Of a stretch of DNA of 32,000 nucleotides, positions 16,816-24,901 are shown piece after piece. Source of the stretch: Caldivirga maquilingensis IC-167 (GTDB taxonomy: Archaea; Thermoproteota; Thermoprotei; Thermoproteales; Thermocladiaceae); NCBI RefSeq assembly GCF_000018305.1, contig NC_009954.1, positions 2,010,001 to 2,042,000 on the forward strand. The letters run 5' to 3'. Every line of letters starts with the position of its first letter. Within the stretch, counting starts at the first letter, position 1. The notes beneath the pieces are model-generated. The model worked only from the letters and a program-made list of their open reading frames with translations. It made no database searches and had not been told where the DNA came from. A program made the position numbers and the translations under genes.

Positions 16816-17856
16816 CTACCAGTACTGGGTGAATAATGCCTTATGCTGCTCAATCATTTTATTAAAGTACTTAACCACACCTGCATCAGTCCTAGTGGGA
16901 TCCTCAATTCTAATTGAATCCACACCATTACTTACCATGGCTAAGGCCCTTGAACCCTGTTTAATAACATCAGAATTATAACCACCCTCTAGGACATAAA
17001 CTGAACCCCCGGTAACACCCTCATTAATGAGCCTTCTAATCATGAGGAATACCTCAATGTAACTGTTTAGGCTTAGGTTAAGGTTAGTTAATGGATCGAG
17101 ATAATGTGCGTCAAAGCCCAGTGACACCACTACGTAATCTGGCTTATATTCCCTTAATGCATTCTCAATTGGCCTTAAGATAATCTTATATAAATCATCA
17201 CCAGTCATTGGTGGTAATGGTATATTCATGTTAAAGCCCTCCCCATCACCCACCCCAGTCTCATTAACATAACCAGTACCCGGGTAAAGTGTTCTTGGAT
17301 CCTGGTGAGTACTAATGTAGAAGACCCTGGATGTGTTGTAGAATATTTCCTGTGTACCATTACCATGATGCGCATCAATATCCAGTACAGCAACCCTAGA
17401 GGCCCCACCCTTAAGTAGTAGACTACTGATTATTGCGGCGTTATTAAGTATGCAGAATCCCTGCGTTGAAGCCATGAGTGCCCTACCCCTGAATCCAGCA
17501 TGATGACCAGGGGGCCTTAAGGGTAGGTAAACGTACCTTACACCTGACTTAAGTAGATTAACCGCTGTGGCTAAGGCGTTAACACTGGAGTTTAAGGCGT
17601 CGCAAGTACCCTTGGATACATAGGTGTCTTGGTCAAGCCACCCCCCAGTTGCGCAAAGTGATGTAACGTACTCAACGTAATGGTACTCGTGAACAAGCCC
17701 AGCTGTTTCAATTAAATCAACATTAACCATGGGTTTAATCACCTTAGCTAACCCACTTAATCCACTTAACGCGCTCAATACCCTATTAGGGGACTCAGGA
17801 TGATTCGAAGGCGTCTCATGCCTTAAATAACCCTCATCATGCACAGTCACCAGCAT
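16816..17856 (-). CDS. Histone-deacetylase-family Zn-dependent deacetylase (HDAC/AcuC/acetylpolyamine amidohydrolase type)
   Basis: Motifs present: RPPGHHAG, DIDAHHGNGTQEIFY, GFDAH and LEGGYN. Confidence 0.92.
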   Translation of the reverse strand: MLVTVHDEGYLRHETPSNHPESPNRVLSALSGLSGLAKVIKPMVNVDLIETAGLVHEYHYVEYVTSLCATGGWLDQDTYVSKGTCDALNSSVNALATAVNLLKSGVRYVYLPLRPPGHHAGFRGRALMASTQGFCILNNAAIISSLLLKGGASRVAVLDIDAHHGNGTQEIFYNTSRVFYISTHQDPRTLYPGTGYVNETGVGDGEGFNMNIPLPPMTGDDLYKIILRPIENALREYKPDYVVVSLGFDAHYLDPLTNLNLSLNSYIEVFLMIRRLINEGVTGGSVYVLEGGYNSDVIKQGSRALAMVSNGVDSIRIEDPTRTDAGVVKYFNKMIEQHKALFTQYW

Positions 17857-17879
17857 TAGCCTTAAATTAATTAAGTGGA

Positions 17880-17887
17880 TTATAAAT
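17880..17887 (-). promoter_or_regulatory. TATA-box-like element for the deacetylase-GNAT operon
   Basis: On the minus strand ATTTATAA begins 31 nt before the ATG at 17856. Confidence 0.45.
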
Positions 17888-17974
17888 TTTAGTACCTAGA
17901 TTAATCCATAATGCAACCTACTTCCTTTAAACTAATGGGAGATTCAATAAAAATTAACACACCAGTCTTAAATT

Positions 17975-18385
17975 ATGGAGGTGAGTGGCTTGAGGAGCGA
18001 GATTAATAGGCTGCTTCAAAGTGAGTTAGATGATGTCGACGGCATCATTGCAGTAGCCCTAGTGAGTACTAATGGCTTACCCCTTGGTTTCGTACAGAGG
18101 GGGAACTTAAACATAAGTAGTGTTGACTTGTCATTATTTTCAACATTAATGACGAATGTGATTAATCGTATTAGGAGGATTAACCCGGATAGTTGGTTCA
18201 TTAATTTTAAGCATAGGGTAGTCATAATTAATGGTGACCAATACTCAGTAATAATAATTAATAACAATGACTTAAGCATAATCGCTGTCTTCGAGAATTA
18301 CGTAGACATTAACATACTCACATACAGGTTAATTAATGACTTGGACTTACTGAGTAATCTGATTTCAGGACCATTAGGCAAGTGA
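17975..18385 (+). CDS. Roadblock/LC7 (MglB-like) domain protein
   Basis: 136 aa. DGIIAVALVSTNGLPLGF and the overall alpha-beta pattern resemble the Roadblock/LC7 family. The call rests on motif resemblance only. Confidence 0.55.
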   Translation: MEVSGLRSEINRLLQSELDDVDGIIAVALVSTNGLPLGFVQRGNLNISSVDLSLFSTLMTNVINRIRRINPDSWFINFKHRVVIINGDQYSVIIINNNDLSIIAVFENYVDINILTYRLINDLDLLSNLISGPLGK

Positions 18386-18431
18386 GTTAAATTAATGTTA
18401 TTAATTTTAATAGGCCTACGGATTTAACACT

Positions 18432-19211
18432 ATGGTTGAGTCCTATAGGGGTATACTGGAGGAGATGATTAATGATAAAGTTCACGGCGCCTCATGGTAC
18501 TTCCTTAAGTTAGCTGATTTAATTGAAGCTGGATATAGGGAGGGGGTTAATGTTGAGTCAATGATTCATGATATTAGCATGATTAGGCCAGGCATGGCTC
18601 CGCTTGAAAACATTGCTGAACTACTTAACCAGGTTAATCCAGTAAAGTTAGCTAGGGCTATTAAGGCTTACTGGAGGGAGGCTGGGGAGGGTATTAGGGT
18701 TAATTCACTTGCCCTTAAGGGTAAGGTTAAGGCAATGGTCACCATTAGTTACTCATCTAACGCCAGACTACTAGCAGAGTCAGTGGGGGCTAGGGTGATT
18801 GCCCTTGAGTCTAATCCAGGTGGGGAGGGTAGGATGTGGGGTAGTCATGGTGGTTTAATAATACCTGACTTAGCGATGTCTCACTTCATTACTAATGCTG
18901 ATGCCCTAGTGATGGGTGGTGATGGGTTGTATGAGGGTTTCATCGTTAATAAAATAGGTTCATTACCCTTAGTGTTAACAGCAAGGTACTTCGGTAAACC
19001 CGTAATCATTGTACTTGAGTCCTTTAAGGCACGTAAGTCTAAGCCAGTGACTATGCATCGAATTAACGTAAATGGTATTGAAGTACCCTTGTTTGATGAA
19101 ATACCACTGAACCTAGTGGATACCCTGGTGACTGATGTGGGTGTATTCACAAGCATTAATGTGGATTATATTGCCGGTAAGTTTAAGGAGAAATTACTGA
19201 AGTACATTTAA
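18432..19211 (+). CDS. eIF-2B alpha/beta/delta-family protein (short form)
   Basis: NADALVMGGDGLYEGFIVNKIGSLPLVLTARYFGKPVIIVLESFK matches the family core GAD..G..vNKiG...lAl.A...PvyV. Confidence 0.78.
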   Translation: MVESYRGILEEMINDKVHGASWYFLKLADLIEAGYREGVNVESMIHDISMIRPGMAPLENIAELLNQVNPVKLARAIKAYWREAGEGIRVNSLALKGKVKAMVTISYSSNARLLAESVGARVIALESNPGGEGRMWGSHGGLIIPDLAMSHFITNADALVMGGDGLYEGFIVNKIGSLPLVLTARYFGKPVIIVLESFKARKSKPVTMHRINVNGIEVPLFDEIPLNLVDTLVTDVGVFTSINVDYIAGKFKEKLLKYI

Positions 19212-19239
19212 TCCACTATACGCAGCCTCAACAATGCAA

Positions 19240-20622
19240 TCACGCCTTTGCAGTGGGTCTACCCACAGCCAGGTAAACAACACCCGGGGGTGGGTTTCTC
19301 CAATCCTTAATCATGTGCCTTGAATCCACTACGGCAATACTGCTTAAGCCTGTTAATTGAATAATCCTACTTAACGTTAACCCACCGTAATCACTGTGAT
19401 CTGTTGCTATCACCACTATGTTAGCCCCCTTTAACGCATCCTCAATACTGTTAGTTAACCTAATCCCCCATTCCTCAAGGGTTTTATCGAATTTAACGTA
19501 TGGATCATGAACAATAATATCCATTGAACCCCTTAGGTAATTAATTATGTCGTATGATGGACTAAGCCTAGTGTCATCAACATTACCCCTAAAGGCTAAA
19601 CCCAACACAGCCACCCTAGGCCTACTAACCCCTAATTCACCCGCAGCAGTCTTAATCAACTCAGCCACATAAGCGGGCGCATACTCATTAATACCCCTGG
19701 CTGTTTGAACAAGCTTCATGTTGAAGCCAGCCCTCTCAGCAGCATACATTAGGAAGTAGGGGTACACTGGTATGCATGATCCACCAACCCCTGGGCCAGG
19801 CTTATGAATATTAGAGTAGGGTTGACTATTAGCCGCCTCCCTTATCTCATCGAAATCTAATCCAAGTAACCTAGCTAATTGGGCAAGCTCATTAGCCAAC
19901 GCTATGTTCACGTCCCTATAAGCACCCTCCGCAAGCTTCTCAAACTCAGCGGCTGTTGGATTGGATAAAATTAAGGTACCCTTCCTAGCTATGGCACCGT
20001 ATAATGTGGACGCAACCCTGCTACTAATGGGTCCAACACCACCAATAACCTTAGGATAACGCTCCTCAATATCAGCAATAGCCCTACCAACGTAGATGCG
20101 TTCAGGCGAGTAGGCTAATGCATAATCCCTCTCAACCCTTAATCCACTAATCCTCTCCAGGATGGGTAAGGCAACATCCATTGTTGTGCCAGGGGGAACA
20201 GAGGACTCTATTATGACTAAGTCACCGACCTTAAGCCCCCTGGCAATATTCTCTATTGAAGCCTTAAAGGAATCGAAGATTGGTCTCTTATCCTTACCTA
20301 AGTAAACTGGGACAGTAACAATCTTCACATTACTTAACCTCGATGCCTCAACACCATCAGTGGTGTAGCTTATCCTATCCTTAAGCCTCCTCAACTCCTC
20401 CTCAACCTGCCTATCACTTAACTTAAGTTCACAGGCATCCAGTTTCTTAATCTTCTCAGCATCAACATCAACACCAATAACCCTGGCACCAGCCCTAAGC
20501 CATACGGCAGCAATGGCAGTACCTACGTAACCCATGCCGTAAACGGATACGGTTAATGAACCACTCCTCAAGGCATTAACTAAATCCTCATTACTCATCA
20601 ACAATAGATTAAGATTACCCAT
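19240..20622 (-). CDS. Nucleotide-sugar dehydrogenase (UDP-glucose/GDP-mannose dehydrogenase family; UDP-ManNAc dehydrogenase-like)
   Basis: The N-terminal Rossmann motif is VYGMGYVGTAIAA. The catalytic Cys context is GPGVGGSCIPVYPY. The three-domain length is 460 aa. Confidence 0.88.
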   Translation of the reverse strand: MGNLNLLLMSNEDLVNALRSGSLTVSVYGMGYVGTAIAAVWLRAGARVIGVDVDAEKIKKLDACELKLSDRQVEEELRRLKDRISYTTDGVEASRLSNVKIVTVPVYLGKDKRPIFDSFKASIENIARGLKVGDLVIIESSVPPGTTMDVALPILERISGLRVERDYALAYSPERIYVGRAIADIEERYPKVIGGVGPISSRVASTLYGAIARKGTLILSNPTAAEFEKLAEGAYRDVNIALANELAQLARLLGLDFDEIREAANSQPYSNIHKPGPGVGGSCIPVYPYFLMYAAERAGFNMKLVQTARGINEYAPAYVAELIKTAAGELGVSRPRVAVLGLAFRGNVDDTRLSPSYDIINYLRGSMDIIVHDPYVKFDKTLEEWGIRLTNSIEDALKGANIVVIATDHSDYGGLTLSRIIQLTGLSSIAVVDSRHMIKDWRNPPPGVVYLAVGRPTAKA

Positions 20623-20736
20623 AATTCACCACTAACCCCAGGGCCTTATTAATTTTGGGTTCCTGGAAAGAAGCAGGCATCATTAAGGAATTGCTTCAGT
20701 AAAGCATAAAAACAACACCATGCTGAACATTAACAA

Positions 20737-20826
20737 GCCCCGGTAGCTCAGCCTGGTCGGAGCGCCCGCCTCGTAAGCAAACACTGAGTAAGCGGGAGGT
20801 CCCGGGTTCGAATCCCGGCCGGGGCT
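20737..20826 (+). tRNA. tRNA-Thr(CGU): tRNA-Thr (anticodon CGU) with a 15-nt intron at the canonical 37/38 position
   Basis: The acceptor pairs GCCCCGG with CCGGGGC, and the discriminator is U. The D arm is GCUC...GAGC. The anticodon stem pairs CCCGC with GCGGG, in a loop CUCGUA[intron 20776-20790]A. The T arm is CCGGG-UUCGAAU-CCCGG. The intron boundary is ambiguous by 1-2 nt because GUAAGC is repeated. Confidence 0.88.
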
Positions 20827-21002
20827 TCAGCGTCTTTTCATTAATCCATGGAAACTTGAAACTACTATGAATGATTCACGGCTTAGTTACTTCACTCTAA
20901 TTCTTAAGTAATTAGGCTGAGTGCACTATTATTGATTTAATATGATCCTACTAGGGTTATTTTCATCTTTATGGATTTCAATACTGATTCAGCGTAAAAA
21001 TG

Positions 21003-21010
21003 TATTTAAA
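21003..21010 (+). promoter_or_regulatory. TATA-box-like element for the THUMP gene
   Basis: TATTTAAA begins 28 nt before the ATG at 21031. Confidence 0.45.
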
Positions 21011-21030
21011 CTAAGTTATTGGGGTTAAGT

Positions 21031-21567
21031 ATGGTAGTAATGTCGTTTAACCTGGTGATATCCACGGGTAGGGGTGTTGAGGGTAAGTGTATAGCTGAGT
21101 TGAGGAGGGTGGGTGAGTTGCTTTCCGTTAATGTTAGGACATTCTTCACGGGCTTTGATGGATTACTAACGGGTAGGGTGGATATGGATCCAGTGGGGTT
21201 TAGTAATAGTTTAAGGGAGTTGGTTACCAGTAATGCCTTTGTACCAAGGTTCATACTTAAGGTTGTGCCCATTCAGGAGGTGGTTAAGACTAATGTGGAT
21301 GAGATTGTTAGTAAGGCTGTCCAAATGGGTAATTCCATGATTGCTGAGGGGGAAACTTATAAGATAGAGGTTAGGAGGAGGGGTGTACTCTTTGATAGAA
21401 TGGCTATTATAGATAAGGCGGCACCGCAGATATTAAGGAAGGTTAAGTTGGAAAATCCTGATAAGGTGATTCAAATAGAGGTGTTCCCATCGAAAACTGG
21501 TATAGCTGTGATAAGGGAGAGTGATATTTTCAGTCTACTTAAAGTAACAATAAGTGGTCAACATTAA
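21031..21567 (+). CDS. THUMP-domain protein (putative RNA-binding)
   Basis: FNLVISTGRGVEGKCIAELRRV...YKIEVRRRG...VKLENPDKVIQIEVFPSKTGIAVI resembles stand-alone archaeal THUMP proteins. The start is moved from the TTG at 21019 to the ATG at 21031 on promoter spacing. Confidence 0.65.
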   Translation: MVVMSFNLVISTGRGVEGKCIAELRRVGELLSVNVRTFFTGFDGLLTGRVDMDPVGFSNSLRELVTSNAFVPRFILKVVPIQEVVKTNVDEIVSKAVQMGNSMIAEGETYKIEVRRRGVLFDRMAIIDKAAPQILRKVKLENPDKVIQIEVFPSKTGIAVIRESDIFSLLKVTISGQH

Positions 21568-21923
21568 TTAGCCTCACTTTGAATAATGGGTTTACCCAAC
21601 ACCCTCTCCTTAAGGAACTCCTCAAGGTTAAGTGGCTTAACATGCTCAGGTGTTGTTATTATAATTCTCCTCTCACCCATGAAGTTAACCTCCAGTACAA
21701 GGGCCCTCCCCCTCCAGCCAATTAATGTTCCAACCCTACCCTGATACCTCTTATGCGGTGCCGTACTTACGTAGACTGGGTCAATGTCTATAGCCAACTT
21801 ATCACCAACCCTATAATACCTTGCGAGAAGCCACTTAAATAATCCAGGCCTACCCTTCTCCCTAGGGGTCTTTGAGAGCAGTTTCCTCGACTTGAACCTA
21901 TAGCCATGCGTCCTAGCAACCAT
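21564..21923 (-). CDS. rpl21e: Ribosomal protein L21e
   Basis: MVARTHGYRFKSRKLLSKTPREKG...YRVGDKLAIDIDP...PHKRYQGRVGTLIGWRGRALVLEV. Confidence 0.92.
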   Translation of the reverse strand: MVARTHGYRFKSRKLLSKTPREKGRPGLFKWLLARYYRVGDKLAIDIDPVYVSTAPHKRYQGRVGTLIGWRGRALVLEVNFMGERRIIITTPEHVKPLNLEEFLKERVLGKPIIQSEAN

Positions 21924-21945
21924 TGCTGCAATGCCTACTGAAGGT

Positions 21946-21953
21946 TTTTAAAC
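21946..21953 (-). promoter_or_regulatory. TATA-box-like element for L21e
   Basis: On the minus strand GTTTAAAA begins 30 nt before the ATG at 21923. Confidence 0.45.
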
Positions 21954-21978
21954 TTATAGTGAGGTGAGGCAAGTTAGG

Positions 21979-22398
21979 TTAAATGGCTGTTGGAGGACCC
22001 TTCTGCTGCGTCTGCTGGGGCTGAGCCATGGCTGGTAATGGTATCGTTGGAGGAATACCCAACTCCCTGGCAACTAAACCCGCCTCAAAGACCGCGTACT
22101 GCGTTATTATGGCTTGAATCTCAGGTGGAACATTACCGCTCTTTAATTGCCCACTTATCCTCTTAACATCATCGCTAGTGGCTTGAATCGTTAATAAACC
22201 CCTTATGGTTATGCCTATTGATGGCGGCATTGAGGACACCGTTATTGTGAATGGCACATTAACTAGCTCCTCCATAACCTCAGGTGGCCCATTAACCTGA
22301 ATATTCATTGCCATTTGAAGCTGAGCACCAGGCGGTGGCGGTGCTGTAACTTCTCCATGTATGTAAAGGAACCTTACCCCAATACCCTTGTAAACCAC
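21979..22398 (-). CDS. Hypothetical protein, Pro-rich at both ends
   Basis: 139-aa ORF with a GTG start. A CTTAAATA box begins 29 nt upstream (22420-22427). I recognise no family motif. Confidence 0.55.
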   Translation of the reverse strand: MVYKGIGVRFLYIHGEVTAPPPPGAQLQMAMNIQVNGPPEVMEELVNVPFTITVSSMPPSIGITIRGLLTIQATSDDVKRISGQLKSGNVPPEIQAIITQYAVFEAGLVARELGIPPTIPLPAMAQPQQTQQKGPPTAI

Positions 22399-22516
22399 TA
22401 TTAAGTCTATTGAGGCATATATTTAAGTATTCCGTAACCAGTTAATAACCATTGATTAATTCATTATTAGTGATTAAGCTAAGGCATTACCATCCCGTCA
22501 TTTTAATGAACCTACT

Positions 22517-22723
22517 TCACCTACCACTCATTAGCATTCCACTACCTTGCTCAACCCCCCTAGCACTCTCCCTGAGGAGGAGGTCTCTTATGGCTACTCT
22601 AATGGCTTCACTCCTTGAAGGGAATACTCCCCTCCTAACTAATTCATCAAGTTCCTCAAGCATCTGTCGCGGTATGTGGACTGATATTAGTATCATCTTC
22701 TCCTCCGACTTAGTTTTAGGCAT
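22517..22723 (-). CDS. Ribbon-helix-helix (CopG/NikR-N-like) DNA-binding protein
   Basis: KMILISVHIPRQMLEELDELVRRGVFPSRSEAIRVAIRDLLLRE follows the beta-alpha-alpha RHH pattern. On the minus strand TATTTAAA (22747-22754) begins 31 nt before the ATG. Confidence 0.8.
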   Translation of the reverse strand: MPKTKSEEKMILISVHIPRQMLEELDELVRRGVFPSRSEAIRVAIRDLLLRESARGVEQGSGMLMSGR

Positions 22724-23126
22724 AATTTTATTTTGAACGAGCCCTTTTTAAATATCTCCCTCGTATCCAGCCTTGTAATTCACATGTATAACAGGTGAGG
22801 TGTTATTAGACGTTAGGTTTATGATCCAGGTAATTATTGGATTAATGCTTAGACTTTAAGTAAATGCGGAATACGTATGAAGACGCATAATCCAGTTGAA
22901 AGTATGGCTACTGAGAAATCATTACCCTCTCCAAGGTGGCTTGAAGTGAAGGAGATATGGATAGGAGTAGGCATAAATCAGAGTGGAGTAGCTTACATGA
23001 TTAATGTGGTGCAATCAGTATTGCGTATTATAGGGCATTAAGGTGTAATGTGGATTCGCGTAAAATAGGGGCATGATAGTGATGTTAAACGTGGTTTGCC
23101 TCATCTTAATCCAAAGCGGGAGAGGC

Positions 23127-23558
23127 TTAACTAATGGTGCTTCTTCTCCTTATAAGTACCCTAATGTTATTATCGTACTTGAGGGTATAATCCACTAGGC
23201 CACTTGCCTTAAGGATCTCAAGTATCTTAATAACTTGATCAGGGGATGCGTTAAGCTTCTTCACTAAATCATCCAAGTACTCATCATTACCATCATCCAT
23301 TATTATCTTCAATAGGCCTGACTCAACGTTAACACTTGTTGTGAGGTAACGTGCAAGTAACCTCTGGGATTCGGTGAAGGTCCTTGAAATGAAGTCCAGC
23401 ATAATGCCAACTTCATTAGCTATACTCCTTAATTCATCAACTGCCTTATTAACCTCAACACATGAACCACTGCACTTACTCCTATAAGTCTCAAGTAGCC
23501 TGATCACATTACTAATATCATCAATGATACCCACAATGATTATTACCCTAACATTCAT
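23127..23558 (-). CDS. Hypothetical protein with a possible C-terminal winged-helix domain
   Basis: 143 aa. LDDLVKKLNASPDQVIKILEILKASGLVDY looks wHTH-like. There is no other recognisable motif. Confidence 0.55.
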   Translation of the reverse strand: MNVRVIIIVGIIDDISNVIRLLETYRSKCSGSCVEVNKAVDELRSIANEVGIMLDFISRTFTESQRLLARYLTTSVNVESGLLKIIMDDGNDEYLDDLVKKLNASPDQVIKILEILKASGLVDYTLKYDNNIRVLIRRRSTIS

Positions 23559-23638
23559 TTAAACGTGTCGTTTAATAAATCTACGCAATTTCAGCGGTAA
23601 GTAAGGTTATTAAGCAGAACCCACGCACCCGTTTAAGT

Positions 23639-24187
23639 ATGAGTGATAAGTGGGTTATCAGTAATGTGGGTGATTTCCTAAGTAAGGTGGATAAGTACGC
23701 GCTTAAGATTAAGGCTAATGGTAATGCTAAGGGGTTCGTAGCACTATTCTATGACTTACACTGCCCTGGATGCGCATTACTGGATGTGGATTTAATGGAT
23801 TACTTAATTCAACTGAATCAAAAAGGTATCATTGATATAATATTCGTAGACTACCCAGTGCACAGGGTTGAGAAGCTTCACGCTAAGGTAAGGGTACTGT
23901 TTAAGAAAAACCCAAGTCAATTCCTTAGTACACTTAATAGGATCTACAGTAATATGATTGAGAAGGGTGAACTCGTCAAGGATATCCAGGAGGTAAGTGA
24001 TGAGGAGGCTGCTGGTGAACTTCAGGCGGTTAATGAATGTAAGAAGCTGGCTAAGTTGGTTAAGGTCCCTGGCACACCAACAATCATGGCTGGTAGATAT
24101 GATAGGAATACTGGAGTAGCCTTATTTGGTTACGATGGACCAGACTCAGTAATGAACCTGATAAGGGAAGTAATCTTTGAATTTTAA
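23639..24187 (+). CDS. Thioredoxin-fold thiol:disulfide oxidoreductase (DsbA-like)
   Basis: The CPGC active site lies in FYDLHCPGCALLD, and a cis-Pro loop lies in VPGTPTI. I see no obvious signal peptide or TM helix. Confidence 0.78.
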   Translation: MSDKWVISNVGDFLSKVDKYALKIKANGNAKGFVALFYDLHCPGCALLDVDLMDYLIQLNQKGIIDIIFVDYPVHRVEKLHAKVRVLFKKNPSQFLSTLNRIYSNMIEKGELVKDIQEVSDEEAAGELQAVNECKKLAKLVKVPGTPTIMAGRYDRNTGVALFGYDGPDSVMNLIREVIFEF

Positions 24188-24301
24188 TTACCAACCCCCA
24201 CCTAGGGGTAAGGGTTTCCTGAAGCCTTAAGTGAACATTTCTTCCAACCACCCTGTGGGTAATCAAGCAAGTAATAATTGGGTTTCTCCCCCTATACGTC
24301 A

Positions 24302-24322
24302 ACTTGTTTTCAAATAACAAGT
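24302..24322. terminator. Hairpin between convergent genes (possible terminator)
   Basis: ACTTGTT (24302-24308) pairs with AACAAGT (24316-24322) across the 7-nt loop TTCAAAT. T-rich runs occur on both strands. The site lies between the DsbA-like stop (24187) and the 172-aa ORF stop (24337). Confidence 0.3.
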
Positions 24323-24336
24323 AGCTCCACTGGGAT

Positions 24337-24855
24337 TTAATCTAGGAGTAACTGAATCTCATTTAGGAGCACTTTTAACCTAGAATACTCATCCTCAAGA
24401 CCATACTTTAACGCTAACGCAATTGCCTCGGCTAAATCCCTCCTAATCTTCCTAGCATAATTATTATTACCAGTTACCCTAATTATGCCTTTCTTATATT
24501 TCTCAATGAATTCATAAGCCTCCTCAACCTTATCATCAATCTTAATCTTAGCTAACTCACGCTCAGCATTATTAATTCCCTTAACGGTCTTATTAATATT
24601 AATGTTAACGTACATTGGTGGGGTAAGCAGCTTCGGTTCAGGTTTAACTACGTTAAGTTTACTGAGGAGGAATGATGCAATTATATGCCTAACAAGCTCA
24701 GATACACCATCAAGCCCCTCCTCCCTGGCTATGCGTGTTAATACATCCTTAACCAGTTTATGCACCCTTATTGAAACCACAGCCCCATCCTTATCCGGTG
24801 CACTGAATAAGAGCTCATAGTTCAGTTCCTGTAAATCCCCAGTCTCCTCCTTCAC
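24337..24855 (-). CDS. Hypothetical protein with a possible N-terminal RHH-like segment and a helical C-terminus
   Basis: 172 aa with a GTG start. VVSIRVHKLVKDVLTRIAREEGLDGVSELVRHIIASFL has a strand-helix-helix pattern. On the minus strand GATTTAAA begins 27 nt upstream. Confidence 0.55.
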   Translation of the reverse strand: MKEETGDLQELNYELLFSAPDKDGAVVSIRVHKLVKDVLTRIAREEGLDGVSELVRHIIASFLLSKLNVVKPEPKLLTPPMYVNININKTVKGINNAERELAKIKIDDKVEEAYEFIEKYKKGIIRVTGNNNYARKIRRDLAEAIALALKYGLEDEYSRLKVLLNEIQLLLD

Positions 24856-24901
24856 GGGTTAACTCTTTAACCTGTTTAAATCACCTTATTAGGTAATTTA
24901 A

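Noticed and set aside
16241-19156. ORFs 16241-16534, 17226-17408, 18016-18279 and 18881-19156.
   Set aside because: They lie antisense to, or out of frame within, the GNAT, HDAC, Roadblock-like and eIF-2B-family genes, and carry no signals of their own.
20819-20997. The 8-nt repeat TTCAGCGT just after tRNA-Thr (about 20826) and again at about 20989, considered as possible att-like direct repeats.
   Set aside because: The repeat is only 8 nt, the enclosed 160 bp or so has no gene, and the match is compatible with chance.
21006-21272. Minus-strand 88-aa ORF overlapping the THUMP gene start.
   Set aside because: The plus-strand frame has the THUMP-like pattern and a correctly spaced TATA box. 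The minus-strand ORF has neither.
22399-22723. The RHH gene as the antitoxin of a toxin-antitoxin pair.
   Set aside because: The next gene downstream is 118 nt away, has its own promoter and shows no VapC, RelE or ParE-like motifs. There is no adjacent toxin candidate.
22452-22736. Plus-strand 94-aa ORF opposite the RHH gene.
   Set aside because: The minus-strand frame gives a textbook ribbon-helix-helix sequence with a TATTTAAA box 31 nt upstream. The plus-strand product is low-complexity Leu/Ser/Pro.
22877-23041. A 54-codon plus-strand ORF in the 390-bp gap.
   Set aside because: There is no correctly spaced TATA box (the nearest boxes are 23-24 or 36 nt away), no SD and no recognisable motif. 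It is mentioned in a finding but not called as a gene.
24084-24320. Minus-strand 78-aa ORF spanning the DsbA-like 3' end and the convergent spacer.
   Set aside because: It overlaps the DsbA-like coding end and the hairpin, and it has no promoter or motif. It is probably spurious.
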